From positions 1 through 64,000 of IMG/VR virus record IMGVR_UViG_3300025162_000016: a DNA stretch of 64,000 bases; one strand, given 5' to 3'. A program made the position numbers and the translations under genes. Shown piece by piece: positions 24,254 through 34,839 of this stretch; the first letter of the stretch is position 1, and each line of letters begins with the position of its first letter. The DNA comes from a virus. The notes under the pieces are model-generated. The model saw only the letters and a list, made by a program, of their open reading frames with translations, searched no databases and had not been told where the DNA came from.

Positions 24254-25132
24254 ATGTCTAAAAAAAAGCGTATAACGCATAAGCACTCTGTACAAAAACG
24301 GAAGAAATTAAAAAAACATATAGGCAAGTCTCGACCCAAAAAAGAATTACCGGCTCCACCGCCGATAGTGCCCGTTCCTAAAAAGAAAAGGGAAAAGAAA
24401 AGGGAAAAGAAAAAAAGCAATATTTATTTTTCACAAGAGACAGAATCTGCCATTGTATTATATAATAATACAGAAAACATGTTAGAACGAAATAAGATTT
24501 ATCATGAAAAGATAGAATATCCTCTTCAGAAATTAGTTGAAAATGTATTTAATCGGTTTGGGTTTACGTATTTTAAAACCAGTCCACATGATGTACAAAA
24601 GGAAGCATTGGCTCATTTAGTTTCTAATATGGGGAAATATGATCCTAACCGTGAAAGTAAAGCGTTTGGAAAGAAAATGAAAAGTAAAGCATTTTCTTAT
24701 TTTTCAGTCATTGCTAAAAATTGGTTTATTTTACTTAACAATAATAATTACAAAGAGTTTCGAACAAATGTAGAGATAAGCGAGGAGCGGGGAGAAAATA
24801 CGGTTCAACTTCAGCATGTGGATAAACATCACACTCAAGTTGAAATGGACGAATTCATGACGTTAACCATAGAGTTTTGGGAGACTAATGTTAGGAAAAT
24901 TTTCATGAAACAACGGGATTTAGATATTGCCAATGCCGTTATTGAACTTTTAAGAAATTCTGGTCGAATTGAGGCTTTTAATAAAAAAGCTCTTTATTTG
25001 TATATACGAGAGATTTCTGAATGTAAGACTCAACAGATCACAAAGATTATAAACAAGATGAAGCAATATCATAGAGCTAATTATAAAACATATCTTAACA
25101 CCGGGAATATAGAGCCATACTCAAAAGTGTGA
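24254..25132 (+). CDS. Possible phage sigma-like/late transcription factor
   Basis: Very basic N-terminus. Weak resemblance to sigma region 2 (AFSYFSVIAKNW). Not verified. Confidence 0.25.
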   Translation: MSKKKRITHKHSVQKRKKLKKHIGKSRPKKELPAPPPIVPVPKKKREKKREKKKSNIYFSQETESAIVLYNNTENMLERNKIYHEKIEYPLQKLVENVFNRFGFTYFKTSPHDVQKEALAHLVSNMGKYDPNRESKAFGKKMKSKAFSYFSVIAKNWFILLNNNNYKEFRTNVEISEERGENTVQLQHVDKHHTQVEMDEFMTLTIEFWETNVRKIFMKQRDLDIANAVIELLRNSGRIEAFNKKALYLYIREISECKTQQITKIINKMKQYHRANYKTYLNTGNIEPYSKV

Positions 25133-25219
25133 TCCATTAGATTTTTAGTTATTATAACCGATTTTCGGTTAACCTTCGAGAAACCCTCTCAATTCCTTGG
25201 GAGGTTTCTATTTATAAAT

Positions 25220-25603
25220 ATGCCAGATAACGATTTCGAAATTTTTGAAAATAAATCCTTTACGGGGTTGTGTAAAGATATTTACGATCGGTCAGAAAAT
25301 AAAAAAGATCAATTGGATTTATTGATAAGTGAATTACGACCATATATTCGTAGTTTAGACGACGCCAGAGAAATGGTACCACTTATTCAAGGATATTTAG
25401 AAGTATCGGTTAGAAACGATGAACAGCTTGTTAAATTGGCACAAGTATCTCAAAGACTTCAAACGGCTAAAATGGATAGAGGAGGCGGCGAAGCACTATT
25501 AACGGATGCGGAAAAAGAGGCATTGTGGCAAGAAGTGAAAGAAGTCATTGAAGTAGTAAAAACCCCCGTTTCGATTATAACTAGTTCGATTACTCCAAAA
25601 TAA
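25220..25603 (+). CDS. Hypothetical protein
   Basis: ORF only. Confidence 0.4.
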   Translation: MPDNDFEIFENKSFTGLCKDIYDRSENKKDQLDLLISELRPYIRSLDDAREMVPLIQGYLEVSVRNDEQLVKLAQVSQRLQTAKMDRGGGEALLTDAEKEALWQEVKEVIEVVKTPVSIITSSITPK

Positions 25604-25604
25604 T

Positions 25605-27098
25605 ATGTCATACTGGAATGCGCAAGGAAACAATGGTAGGTCCACTGAAAGCTTTGGACTGGGTGGTTCTACTTCAACGGGTGGCAGTGGGGAGTTTTAT
25701 GAGTTGGAACCTGCGGTAGTTTTAGATATTGTTCTAGATAAGGATCATCCGATTTTTAAAAAAGATTCTAATGTAAAAACCACCATTGATATAGAACATT
25801 GGCCTTCTGATTATACCGGGAAAGCAAAACCAGTCAAAGGAGATATTAACTATACGTGGGTAGGAAGAGCATTGGTTCGGCTTCAATATTCAACCCCATC
25901 TGCTAAAAAAGATGATTTGGTTTGGGCATTTCCTTTGGAAGCAGGAATATCTGAATATCCTCTTATTAACGAAATAGTGATGATACTCAAATATCGCAAT
26001 AAATATTTTTATAGCCGCCGAGTCAATATTGATAATTTTCCAAACGAAGCAGTGGATTTTGGAATTAATCCCATTGTTAGTGGTCAACCTAATACCGAGT
26101 TATATTCCAATGCAGATTATGCAGGGAGAAGCTCAAAAACAAATCACGATGGAACGGCAGGGTATAAGGGAGTTGCCGGAAAATATTATAAAATAAATAA
26201 TCGTATACGTGCGATTAAACGATACGAAGGAGATACTGTTTTAGAAAGCAGATTTGGTCAATCGATTAGATTTTCGGCATATGACGCTATCCGAGCGAAT
26301 GATATAGGAGATAAGAAAAACACGGATTATGACGATTACGGGGGGAATCCAATGATTCTCATTAGAAACCGACAACGGAAATTACTTAAAAAGGGAGAAA
26401 CCCTAAAACTTAAAGATAGCCCTAATCCTGCTATAATTACCGGAACGGAAGAAGAAAAAAATGCGGGGGGATTTATTAAAGAGGATATTAATCATGATGG
26501 GTCTTCAATTCATATTACCACCGGACAAACTGAATCCAATTGGAAACCTACTTGTTACAAAAAGATGTGGGGGAACGGAGAAGAACAACCTCTTTACAAT
26601 GGGATAAGTGATTTTAAATATCCCGCTCCTTTAAATGGCGATCAAATTATCATTCAATCGGATAGATTAATTTTCTCATCTAGATATGGCGAAACGTTTC
26701 ATTATTCCAAAAAAAGATATGCAGTAGTAACCGACAATGAATATACGGTAGATGCTCATCAACAAATTGTTTTAACTACTAATTCAAAAACAGTGCTTAA
26801 TGCCCCGGTTATTTATCTTGGAGCGTATGATGAAACTGCCGAACCAGTATTACTTGGGCAATCAACTGTGACTTTATTAACAAGTCTATGTGATTGGTTA
26901 TTGCGGCATATTCATAAACATGAACATAGCCATGTTAATGCCGGTGCGCCGTCTCCTAAAACCACGCAGGAACCTACAAATCCCATGCTTGAAGATCTAA
27001 AGACTATTAAATCAAATCTTCAAGCATGTTTAAGTCGCAGAGTATTTGTTGTAGGAGGAGGATTGTCTCCCGGTGCCGACGGAGGAAAATTAGGATAA
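25605..27098 (+). CDS. Putative baseplate hub/central spike
   Basis: Position upstream of the gp25-like and J-like genes (P2 V-W-J order). His cluster HIHKHEHSH near the C-terminus. Confidence 0.35.
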   Translation: MSYWNAQGNNGRSTESFGLGGSTSTGGSGEFYELEPAVVLDIVLDKDHPIFKKDSNVKTTIDIEHWPSDYTGKAKPVKGDINYTWVGRALVRLQYSTPSAKKDDLVWAFPLEAGISEYPLINEIVMILKYRNKYFYSRRVNIDNFPNEAVDFGINPIVSGQPNTELYSNADYAGRSSKTNHDGTAGYKGVAGKYYKINNRIRAIKRYEGDTVLESRFGQSIRFSAYDAIRANDIGDKKNTDYDDYGGNPMILIRNRQRKLLKKGETLKLKDSPNPAIITGTEEEKNAGGFIKEDINHDGSSIHITTGQTESNWKPTCYKKMWGNGEEQPLYNGISDFKYPAPLNGDQIIIQSDRLIFSSRYGETFHYSKKRYAVVTDNEYTVDAHQQIVLTTNSKTVLNAPVIYLGAYDETAEPVLLGQSTVTLLTSLCDWLLRHIHKHEHSHVNAGAPSPKTTQEPTNPMLEDLKTIKSNLQACLSRRVFVVGGGLSPGADGGKLG

Positions 27099-27102
27099 AA
27101 CT

Positions 27103-27606
27103 ATGGCATTTACATTACCATCGCCATCATTACCCGTGCCACAAGCGCCACCGCTACCTGCTGTTCCTAAAATATCGCTTCCAAAAGGACCGGCACCTTT
27201 AAAAATAAATACTATAACAGGAAAGGGAGTTCCTGGTGGATTTACGGGCACCAATAAATTAATACCGAAGGTAGCAGCCGCAGGAGTTGCATCTAATATA
27301 GCCGCAATTGCAGCTAAGGTATCTTCTATAAAAGCATCAATACCCGGTGCAACAGCGGCTCAAGCTAAGTTAGCGGGATTAAAAGCAAAGGCGTTATCTA
27401 AAATAAAATCATTAGCTAAAGCTCCGGATTTAAGCAGTAAATTGAAATTACCGGCTCCCCCTAAAATACCGTCGCCACCTGATTTTTCTAGTTTGAATCT
27501 TCCTTCGGTTCCTGCTTTGCCGTCAGTGCCGTCAGTGCCGTCAGTGCCTTCGGTTCCTGCTTTGCCGTCATTACCGTCAGTGCCGAAATTACCAACTATT
27601 GGGTAA
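27103..27606 (+). CDS. Ala/Pro-rich protein with PSVPSVPSVPALPS repeats
   Basis: Low-complexity sequence. DNA tandem repeat at 27502..27584. Confidence 0.4.
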   Translation: MAFTLPSPSLPVPQAPPLPAVPKISLPKGPAPLKINTITGKGVPGGFTGTNKLIPKVAAAGVASNIAAIAAKVSSIKASIPGATAAQAKLAGLKAKALSKIKSLAKAPDLSSKLKLPAPPKIPSPPDFSSLNLPSVPALPSVPSVPSVPSVPALPSLPSVPKLPTIG

Positions 27607-27633
27607 AAAAACTATATTTATAGATACACACAT

Positions 27634-28365
27634 ATGAAAAAAGACGATTTAGTAAAAATAATTCGAGCGATTGTTCAACAGGAACTCAAAAGAGAACTGC
27701 CCAAGGCGCTTGCAAATGTATTTTCCAATTTAATGGGAACTCCACCGTCAGAAGTTCGTAATATGAAGACGGCAACTCCTATTTATAAGGGACAATCATT
27801 ACCACATAAACCATCGGCGGAAGAAATGCCGGACGAAATTGATGAAACCATTCAATTAAAACAGCAACTTCGAGAAATGTTTACAGATGGGGAACCGGCG
27901 AGACGAACTGCTCCTTTGCAAACAGTTCAACCACCGAAGGTTTATACAAAAAATCCAATTTTTAATGAAATTCTAAACCAAACTCGTCCGTTTAATGGAC
28001 AAGAGAGAATGGCGATGGGAGTTGGTGGCTCGGGAATGTCGCCATCAGTTATGATGGCAGCAGAGGGATTTCAATCGTCTACCGCAGCTATGACCGGGGT
28101 CGGAGAACTCATGGATGGTAATGAATTGGGATTTTTAAATAAAGTTCCGACAATGCCAGGAGCTGGTGGTCCGGTTTTAACGGAACTTCCGATGAATGTT
28201 AATACTATACGAGAAGGACAAGTAGGCGGAGCGGCTCCACTGGACGGAGTGTTTGTTGATTCGGCATTGGATTTGAAAAATCATCCTGCGCTTCCCGATA
28301 GCATTAAAGGAATTTTAAATCGTGATTATAGATCGTTAGTTAAAGCAATGAATAAGAAGAAATAA
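27634..28365 (+). CDS. Hypothetical baseplate-module protein
   Basis: ORF only, synteny. Confidence 0.35.
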   Translation: MKKDDLVKIIRAIVQQELKRELPKALANVFSNLMGTPPSEVRNMKTATPIYKGQSLPHKPSAEEMPDEIDETIQLKQQLREMFTDGEPARRTAPLQTVQPPKVYTKNPIFNEILNQTRPFNGQERMAMGVGGSGMSPSVMMAAEGFQSSTAAMTGVGELMDGNELGFLNKVPTMPGAGGPVLTELPMNVNTIREGQVGGAAPLDGVFVDSALDLKNHPALPDSIKGILNRDYRSLVKAMNKKK

Positions 28366-28366
28366 T

Positions 28367-28783
28367 ATGGCAACTAGAAAAATACCACTTGGATTGATGC
28401 TCCCGATTCGAGATGGGAACAGCGGGTATTTTGATCAGGCATACGATACTTTTACACAAAAACGTATGAATATTATCAATTTACTTCGCACAAAAACGGG
28501 TGAAAGAAGATTTCAACCTACATTTGGTTCAAGGTTGTGGACTGTATTATTTGAACAGAACATGGATATCTTACCAGATATTATAACAAATATCGTGAAA
28601 GAGGATATATCTAGATGGATAGATGGAGTAATTGTAAGAAAAGTAGATATTCAAGTGCCACAAATTAGCGAAACAACTGACTATCGAGATATTTATAGTT
28701 TGTTAGTTTCAGTAATTTTTGAGGATACCGCCACTCAACAACAAGGAACCGTTGAAATTTACATTAATAGCGGCAAAATATAA
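28367..28783 (+). CDS. Baseplate wedge protein, gp25/GPW-like
   Basis: INLLRTKTGERRFQPTFGSRLWTVLFEQ block. Confidence 0.7.
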   Translation: MATRKIPLGLMLPIRDGNSGYFDQAYDTFTQKRMNIINLLRTKTGERRFQPTFGSRLWTVLFEQNMDILPDIITNIVKEDISRWIDGVIVRKVDIQVPQISETTDYRDIYSLLVSVIFEDTATQQQGTVEIYINSGKI

Positions 28784-28864
28784 CTTATGGAAAAACATAC
28801 AAAAAATCGTGTCGAGTTCGGGGGTGCGGTCGAACTGATAAACAATGTATTAGGAGATTAAATT

Positions 28865-30844
28865 GTGCCGACTACCACTTCTAAAAATTTCACTCCAAAT
28901 TCTAAAGATATTCGATATCTTAATCGGGACTTTACTCAGTTAAGACAATCTCTTATGGATTTCGCCAAAACGTATTTTCCAAATACGTATAACGATTTTT
29001 CCACGGCATCTCCCGGCACGATGTTTATTGAAATGGCAGCATATGTCGGAGATGTACTTAGCTATTATACGGATTATGCATTTAAAGAAAGCATGATCCA
29101 AAACTCGACTGAGCGTAGAAATATTATATCTCTTGCGAACTATCTGGGATATAAAGTGAAACCAATTCAAGGCGCTATCGGAACCATTGAGCTTTTTCAA
29201 TTATGTCCAGCCAAAGAAAATGCGGTGGGAGTTTATGTTCCGGATACCGATTATGCACTTAGAATAAAAGAAGACATGCAAGTGTCGAATAATGCGGGGT
29301 CGTATTATGTTCTTAATGATTCGGTAGATTTTGCCGTAAGCACTTCATTATCTCCTCGAACGGATGCAGTATATTCCAGAAATCAAGATGGCACCCCACA
29401 ATTCTTTTTGCTTCAGAAAACCGGCAAGATAGCTGCGGGAAAAGTATCTACAAAAACAATTACAGTGAATTCTCCTACCCCGTTTTTTCAAATATATTTA
29501 AATGAAACTAATGTATTGGGAATAATTGATGTGGTAGACTCTAACAACAATGAATGGCATGAAGTCGATTTTCTAGCACAAGAATTAGTTCCGATTGCGA
29601 TTCCTAATGATTCGGAACATGAAGGCACATTGTCTACCTATAAAGATTCGGTTCCATATATTTTGAAGTTTTTGAGAACCCCTAATCGGTTCACTGTAAA
29701 CGTAGATTCAAATAACTTTACTTATTTAGAATTTGGAGCAGGAACAGAAGGATTTTCTGAAGAATTCGTGACATTTGATTCCAAATTAATTGGTATCGGA
29801 TTAAGAAATATTAGTAATTATAATATTCCATTTGATCCTGCTAATTTTCTTAAAAATAAAACCTATGGGGTTGCTCCATCTAACACAACATTGACGATTC
29901 GTTATTTAACGGGCGGCGGAATTAACTCAAATTCCCCCTCAAACGCAATTAGAAATGTAGTGTCAGTAGAGTTTGATAATCCAACAGATGGACTTCCTCC
30001 GGAAAAAAATAATTTATTAAATACCGTAAAAAATTCGTTGCAAGTTAATAATTCAATTGCTACAGTAGGGGGGAAAGAAGGAGAAACTGATAATGAAGTG
30101 AAAATGAATGCAACTGCTAATTTTGCCACTCAAAATCGAGCCGTAACCAAAGATGATTATTTGGTACGTATTTATTCTCTTCCTCCGAAATTCGGTTCTA
30201 TAGCAAAAGCTCAAGTAATTACTGATACCAGTTTAAACGTGGGAGTAAATAGGGTATTATCGGGAACTATAAATTCAGAAAATATTGCAACAGTAACCGA
30301 TAATGCAACTGCTAATTATTTCCGAAAAATATCATATGATTCCTCAAATCCATTTTCCATCAACATTTATTTGTTGGGATATGACGAAAATAAAAACTTA
30401 ACTCCCGTGAATTCGGCTTTGTTAACTAATCTGATTACGTATATGAAACGTTATCGGATTATGACGGATGGAGTAAATCTTATCGATGGTTATATTATTA
30501 ATATTGGAGTGAATTTTGCAATCACCGTATATAAAGGATATACGAAAAAAGATGTTTTATCGGAATGCATTCAAACTATTCAAAACTTTTTTAATATTGA
30601 TAATTGGAATTTTTCTCAACCAATCAATCTTAGTCAATTAGAATTAGAAATCGCCAAAGTCGAAGGGGTTCAATCTATAGTTAATTTAGAGATTATTAAT
30701 AAAACAACGTTAGATGGAAACTATTCTGCGGTGGAATACGATATTTCATCGGCCACCAAAAATAATATTATATATCCATCAACAGATCCTAGTTGCTGGG
30801 AAATAAAATATCCTAATAGTGATATTATAGGGAGATGTTCATGA
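28865..30844 (+). CDS. Baseplate J/gp6-like protein
   Basis: GTG start. FTQLRQSLMDFAKTYFPNTYNDFSTASPGTMFIEMAAYVGDVLSYY block. Synteny after the gp25-like gene. Confidence 0.6.
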   Translation: MPTTTSKNFTPNSKDIRYLNRDFTQLRQSLMDFAKTYFPNTYNDFSTASPGTMFIEMAAYVGDVLSYYTDYAFKESMIQNSTERRNIISLANYLGYKVKPIQGAIGTIELFQLCPAKENAVGVYVPDTDYALRIKEDMQVSNNAGSYYVLNDSVDFAVSTSLSPRTDAVYSRNQDGTPQFFLLQKTGKIAAGKVSTKTITVNSPTPFFQIYLNETNVLGIIDVVDSNNNEWHEVDFLAQELVPIAIPNDSEHEGTLSTYKDSVPYILKFLRTPNRFTVNVDSNNFTYLEFGAGTEGFSEEFVTFDSKLIGIGLRNISNYNIPFDPANFLKNKTYGVAPSNTTLTIRYLTGGGINSNSPSNAIRNVVSVEFDNPTDGLPPEKNNLLNTVKNSLQVNNSIATVGGKEGETDNEVKMNATANFATQNRAVTKDDYLVRIYSLPPKFGSIAKAQVITDTSLNVGVNRVLSGTINSENIATVTDNATANYFRKISYDSSNPFSINIYLLGYDENKNLTPVNSALLTNLITYMKRYRIMTDGVNLIDGYIINIGVNFAITVYKGYTKKDVLSECIQTIQNFFNIDNWNFSQPINLSQLELEIAKVEGVQSIVNLEIINKTTLDGNYSAVEYDISSATKNNIIYPSTDPSCWEIKYPNSDIIGRCS

Positions 30845-31380
30845 TTAAATTGAAAGTATTATTATTTGAAGGTATGACTGATACTCCTGAATTCAAGCAA
30901 TGGTTTGGACAGAGTAAAGTTGTGGATGAACATGGACAACCAAAAGTAGTGTATCACGGAACATCAAAAAGTAGAGATTTTTCAAAATTCAATAAAAAAG
31001 GAGGGGGCTCTTGGTTTACTTCTAGCAAAGAAGAAGCTTCTAAGTATGCAGAACGTAACGATTTTAGCGATATCAGGGGGCACGATGAACATGGAGTTCC
31101 ATATGGGAGTAATGTAAGCAGTAGAATATATCCGGTTTACCTTAAAATAGAAAATCCCAAATTACTTACATCAAAGGAAATTGAATGGTGGAGACATCAA
31201 AAGGATTATCGTAGCGCCAACAAAGAACTTTTAGCTAGAGCATTTGCCGCAGGACACGATGGTATTGATATGGGTAATGGTAATTACGTTGTTCACAAGC
31301 CGGAACAAATCAAATCAGCAATAGGCAATAAAGGAATGTTTGATCCTAAACATCCAGATATAACCAAAGAAACTATTTAA
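30841..31380 (+). CDS. ART-like protein with MIKLK leader. Paralog of 10436..10981
   Basis: MIKLKVLLFE leader. EFKQWFGQSKVVDEHGQPKVVYHGTS block as seen at the N-termini of polyvalent phage proteins. Confidence 0.4.
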   Translation: MIKLKVLLFEGMTDTPEFKQWFGQSKVVDEHGQPKVVYHGTSKSRDFSKFNKKGGGSWFTSSKEEASKYAERNDFSDIRGHDEHGVPYGSNVSSRIYPVYLKIENPKLLTSKEIEWWRHQKDYRSANKELLARAFAAGHDGIDMGNGNYVVHKPEQIKSAIGNKGMFDPKHPDITKETI

Positions 31381-31381
31381 A

Positions 31382-34051
31382 ATGCATCACCACCTATTTC
31401 CAGAATCGGATACATATGTAACGAATGAATCCGGATTCGAAGATAAAAATTTCGGTATAAATGAAATTCTTCGAATTGGAACTTCTACTTCTCCCATGCG
31501 AGTTTTAGAAGACACGAAAGATTATCCTTATTCAAATGTGATATGGACGAATCATTGTATCACAAATTTTACGGGAATCTTAACTGGTTCTTTTTCCGGT
31601 GCAGCGGAGTCTGTATACGGAACAATTATAGCCTCCGCTTCATTTAGTTCTTCTTATTTCAATGGATATTTCGATGGGGTTTTAGTAGAATCCAGCGGAG
31701 GGTTTTCGGGAAGTGTGGATGGAATTGTTTCCGGTTCTTTAACTGCATCCGTGTTTCCAAATTTCGATGGACAATTAACAAGTTCTTATGGAAAAATTAC
31801 AGGAACGGTAACCGGAATAGATACTAGAAATGAAAATCATTGGGTAACTACTGCAACTAAATTAGTTGATAGAACTATAATTAAATTCGATTTAAATACT
31901 ATTTCCGCTTCGGTTGCCAATGGAGAAATTACAAATCCGGAATTTAAATTAAATTTAAAAGTGTGTAATGAATATGAATTACCGATTTCATATGCTATTT
32001 ATGCGTTTCCAGTAAGTCAAAGTTGGGTGATGGGAAATGGTTATTTTTCTGATGGAGGATCTTATACCGGAGCCAGTTGGTATTATCGAGATTACGTTGC
32101 AGGGACGGCATGGTATGCTCCTATTACTACTAGTTTAAGACCAGTCGTTGATTTTTTTAACACCGAAAGTAACGCAACTGCATCTTTTGCATATGGCGGA
32201 GGAACTTGGTATTACGATTCAGCGTCAAAACAAGATTTCTCATATGAATCCGCCGATATTTCGATGGATGTTACAGATATTGTAATGACATGGATAAACG
32301 GAACACTTCCAAATAATGGATTCATTTTGATGTCATCGGATGAAATAGTGGCCAGTGGTTCCGGATTCGCTTTAACGTTTTATAGTAAAGACACCAATTC
32401 CATAAATTCACCATACCTCGATGTAATGTGGAGTGATTGGATAGGAGAATCTGGAAGTGTTGATATATCTAGCGCAAATATAATAACGCCCTATCTCGGC
32501 CTTTCGGGAGAGGTGCAAAATGGGTCGTCGTTATCCGGAAATTCGATTTTATCAGGAGGTTCAACAAATGCAAGTCAACTTAGTGGGAGTTTTTCCGGCA
32601 GTTCATTGGTTAATTTTACTTTGAATTATATTACGGCTAGTAATGCACCGGTAAATAACTTATGTGTATTTCAATTTACGGGAAGTTTAACGGGGTCTTT
32701 TTTAGGAACAGCTTCTTATGCTTTAGGAATAATTTCCGGAGGTATCGTGGATTTTTATACAGATTATTTTACCGGAAATATTGATGGCACTCCTTCCACA
32801 ATAACAAGCGGAAAAGTATTAAGTAATTCTTCTGTTTTAGGATCAATTACGGGCTCGGTAATTACTAGCACATATCTCGGGGATTTTTCCGGATCAATAA
32901 CGAGTTCAAATCTGTATATATCGGGGGGTGTATCTGGCACATACTTAGATACTATATTCCATAATTTCAATGGATTTTTTGCATGTAACGGGTTTACCGG
33001 AAATATAAGCGGAGTTCCAGTTATAGGCAACGTTCAGGGATTGATTACTATAGATCCAGCTTCGGTATATACCCCAACGGACATGACAACGCTGTATCCG
33101 AGCATGCCGTATAATCAATCTCCCTACTCCACGGGATATCAAAATCTTTATTCGGATTCACCTTATAATGGACTTATAAATGTCTGGTATACATGGATGG
33201 GAGACACTTGGACGTCGAATGTGCCGGCATATCCAACCTATCCAATAACCACTTCCTGTGGGAATATTCCTCATCAAGCGCAAACTATGATGGGCACTCT
33301 TACTAGTGGCGTTTTTAGTGGAAGTCATTTTGTAGCATATTATTCAAACTATTCAATTCTTATTGGATCTTTACAAGGATTTTATACAACAGAGGCATTA
33401 CTTAATTCAACCGTAACTATTCCTCTCCCATCCGGTATAGATCCATATGCATATGCATACTTCACCGGAACATATGTCAATGGGACGGCAATGGGACTTT
33501 ATAATTTATATCCCAACAGTCATGATAGCTCTAGTTTTACTGGTCAATTTATAAATGGAGAACTTTTGGGTAGCTATGTTACTATACAATTAAGCGGAAG
33601 TATGTATACTTCAAGTTATTCTTATACGGGAAGTGTAAATTATACCTCCAACACATTTAAGCAACTTGATACTAATAGTCCATTTACGGTGATTGTAAAG
33701 AATCTCAAACCTACTATTAAAAGCGGAGATTTAATTCAAGTAAATGTATTTGGAAGACAAGAATTTCCTCTTAAAACATTTGAAAAGACATCACAACAAT
33801 CAGAATATGTTATTCCTAAATTGTTGCCATCGGCATCATATTATGCAATTAAAGATAATATGAGTGAGGAAATGATTATTGATTTCGATCGGTTTACGCA
33901 AATTAGTTCAAAGTATCCAAACGGAAACTTTTTCGTATTAGATACCACTGGATTAGCGCAAGAAAGATCGTATCGGGTGTTAATACGAATACATAACAGT
34001 TCCTCTATTTATACATTTGATGATAACAATGTATTTAAAATAACAAGATAA
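31382..34051 (+). CDS. Large fibre/baseplate structural protein
   Basis: 889 aa, Ser/Gly/Thr-rich repeats. The N-terminal region (DTYVTNE...NFG...LRIG ... DVTDIVMTWINGTLPNNGFIL) resembles a carbohydrate-binding module. Confidence 0.4.
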   Translation: MHHHLFPESDTYVTNESGFEDKNFGINEILRIGTSTSPMRVLEDTKDYPYSNVIWTNHCITNFTGILTGSFSGAAESVYGTIIASASFSSSYFNGYFDGVLVESSGGFSGSVDGIVSGSLTASVFPNFDGQLTSSYGKITGTVTGIDTRNENHWVTTATKLVDRTIIKFDLNTISASVANGEITNPEFKLNLKVCNEYELPISYAIYAFPVSQSWVMGNGYFSDGGSYTGASWYYRDYVAGTAWYAPITTSLRPVVDFFNTESNATASFAYGGGTWYYDSASKQDFSYESADISMDVTDIVMTWINGTLPNNGFILMSSDEIVASGSGFALTFYSKDTNSINSPYLDVMWSDWIGESGSVDISSANIITPYLGLSGEVQNGSSLSGNSILSGGSTNASQLSGSFSGSSLVNFTLNYITASNAPVNNLCVFQFTGSLTGSFLGTASYALGIISGGIVDFYTDYFTGNIDGTPSTITSGKVLSNSSVLGSITGSVITSTYLGDFSGSITSSNLYISGGVSGTYLDTIFHNFNGFFACNGFTGNISGVPVIGNVQGLITIDPASVYTPTDMTTLYPSMPYNQSPYSTGYQNLYSDSPYNGLINVWYTWMGDTWTSNVPAYPTYPITTSCGNIPHQAQTMMGTLTSGVFSGSHFVAYYSNYSILIGSLQGFYTTEALLNSTVTIPLPSGIDPYAYAYFTGTYVNGTAMGLYNLYPNSHDSSSFTGQFINGELLGSYVTIQLSGSMYTSSYSYTGSVNYTSNTFKQLDTNSPFTVIVKNLKPTIKSGDLIQVNVFGRQEFPLKTFEKTSQQSEYVIPKLLPSASYYAIKDNMSEEMIIDFDRFTQISSKYPNGNFFVLDTTGLAQERSYRVLIRIHNSSSIYTFDDNNVFKITR

Positions 34052-34054
34052 CCT

Positions 34055-34360
34055 ATGATTTATTTAAAAAATTTAATTTCGAAAGTTCTAAATGAAGGAG
34101 TGTTATCTAAATTGGTAAGTATACCAGACCCTCTTAAACAAAAACTAGGAACTGTTATTGCCAAATGGTATTCTGATAAACGTTCACAAGAACAATCGGG
34201 AAAATTGTTGCCGAGTCTGGGAGTTCGGCTGGAAAAAATAAAAGTCACTGTCGAGAAACTTGGATTTACTAAACATCGAGACATGACTGGCGCAACTGAA
34301 ATTGAATTAGCTATAGATATGTTATATCGTTTTCATATGAGGCAATCAAAAAATGTATGA
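34055..34360 (+). CDS. Hypothetical protein with leader (MIYLKNLISKVLNE)
   Basis: Leader motif. Confidence 0.45.
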   Translation: MIYLKNLISKVLNEGVLSKLVSIPDPLKQKLGTVIAKWYSDKRSQEQSGKLLPSLGVRLEKIKVTVEKLGFTKHRDMTGATEIELAIDMLYRFHMRQSKNV

Positions 34361-34836
34361 CAGATTTTAATAAACAAATTCTGGAATTCGAGCAGTATGG
34401 GACGTTTACGTATAAATATGACGAAGTTGGTAATGTCGTCATGAACTCATCTTCGGTGGACTTTGCCCAGAATTATTTAGCATTTCCGTTGGATAATTTT
34501 GTTTATAATAATTCTAAAATACTGGGATTTTATGATCCGGTTTTTTCTGAATTTATTCCAACATCGCAAACGGAGGAACAGCAGGTGACTATTGATGTTA
34601 CCGCATTGCAAGACGAATTGGATGTTGAAAAAGCTAAAAATGCAGCATTAACAGACCAATTGAATTCGATTATAGCCGAGTCTGGTAATACATCTGGTCC
34701 CGATCCATCAGCTACACAACAAGTGGTGTTGGAATTGCGCAAACAGCTTGGACAGGGACGAGTCGATTCGGACTTTTCCGTTGATTTTCCGTATTCTCCG
34801 GTGATAAAACAAACAAATCTGGCAACCGGTACATAA
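34357..34836 (+). CDS. Hypothetical protein (coiled-coil segment)
   Basis: ORF only, start overlaps the preceding stop. Confidence 0.4.
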   Translation: MTDFNKQILEFEQYGTFTYKYDEVGNVVMNSSSVDFAQNYLAFPLDNFVYNNSKILGFYDPVFSEFIPTSQTEEQQVTIDVTALQDELDVEKAKNAALTDQLNSIIAESGNTSGPDPSATQQVVLELRKQLGQGRVDSDFSVDFPYSPVIKQTNLATGT

Positions 34837-34839
34837 TTT

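Noticed and set aside
28787-28861. 24-codon ORF between the gp25-like and J-like genes
   Set aside because: It is too short and featureless to support. It may simply be a spacer before the GTG start at 28865.
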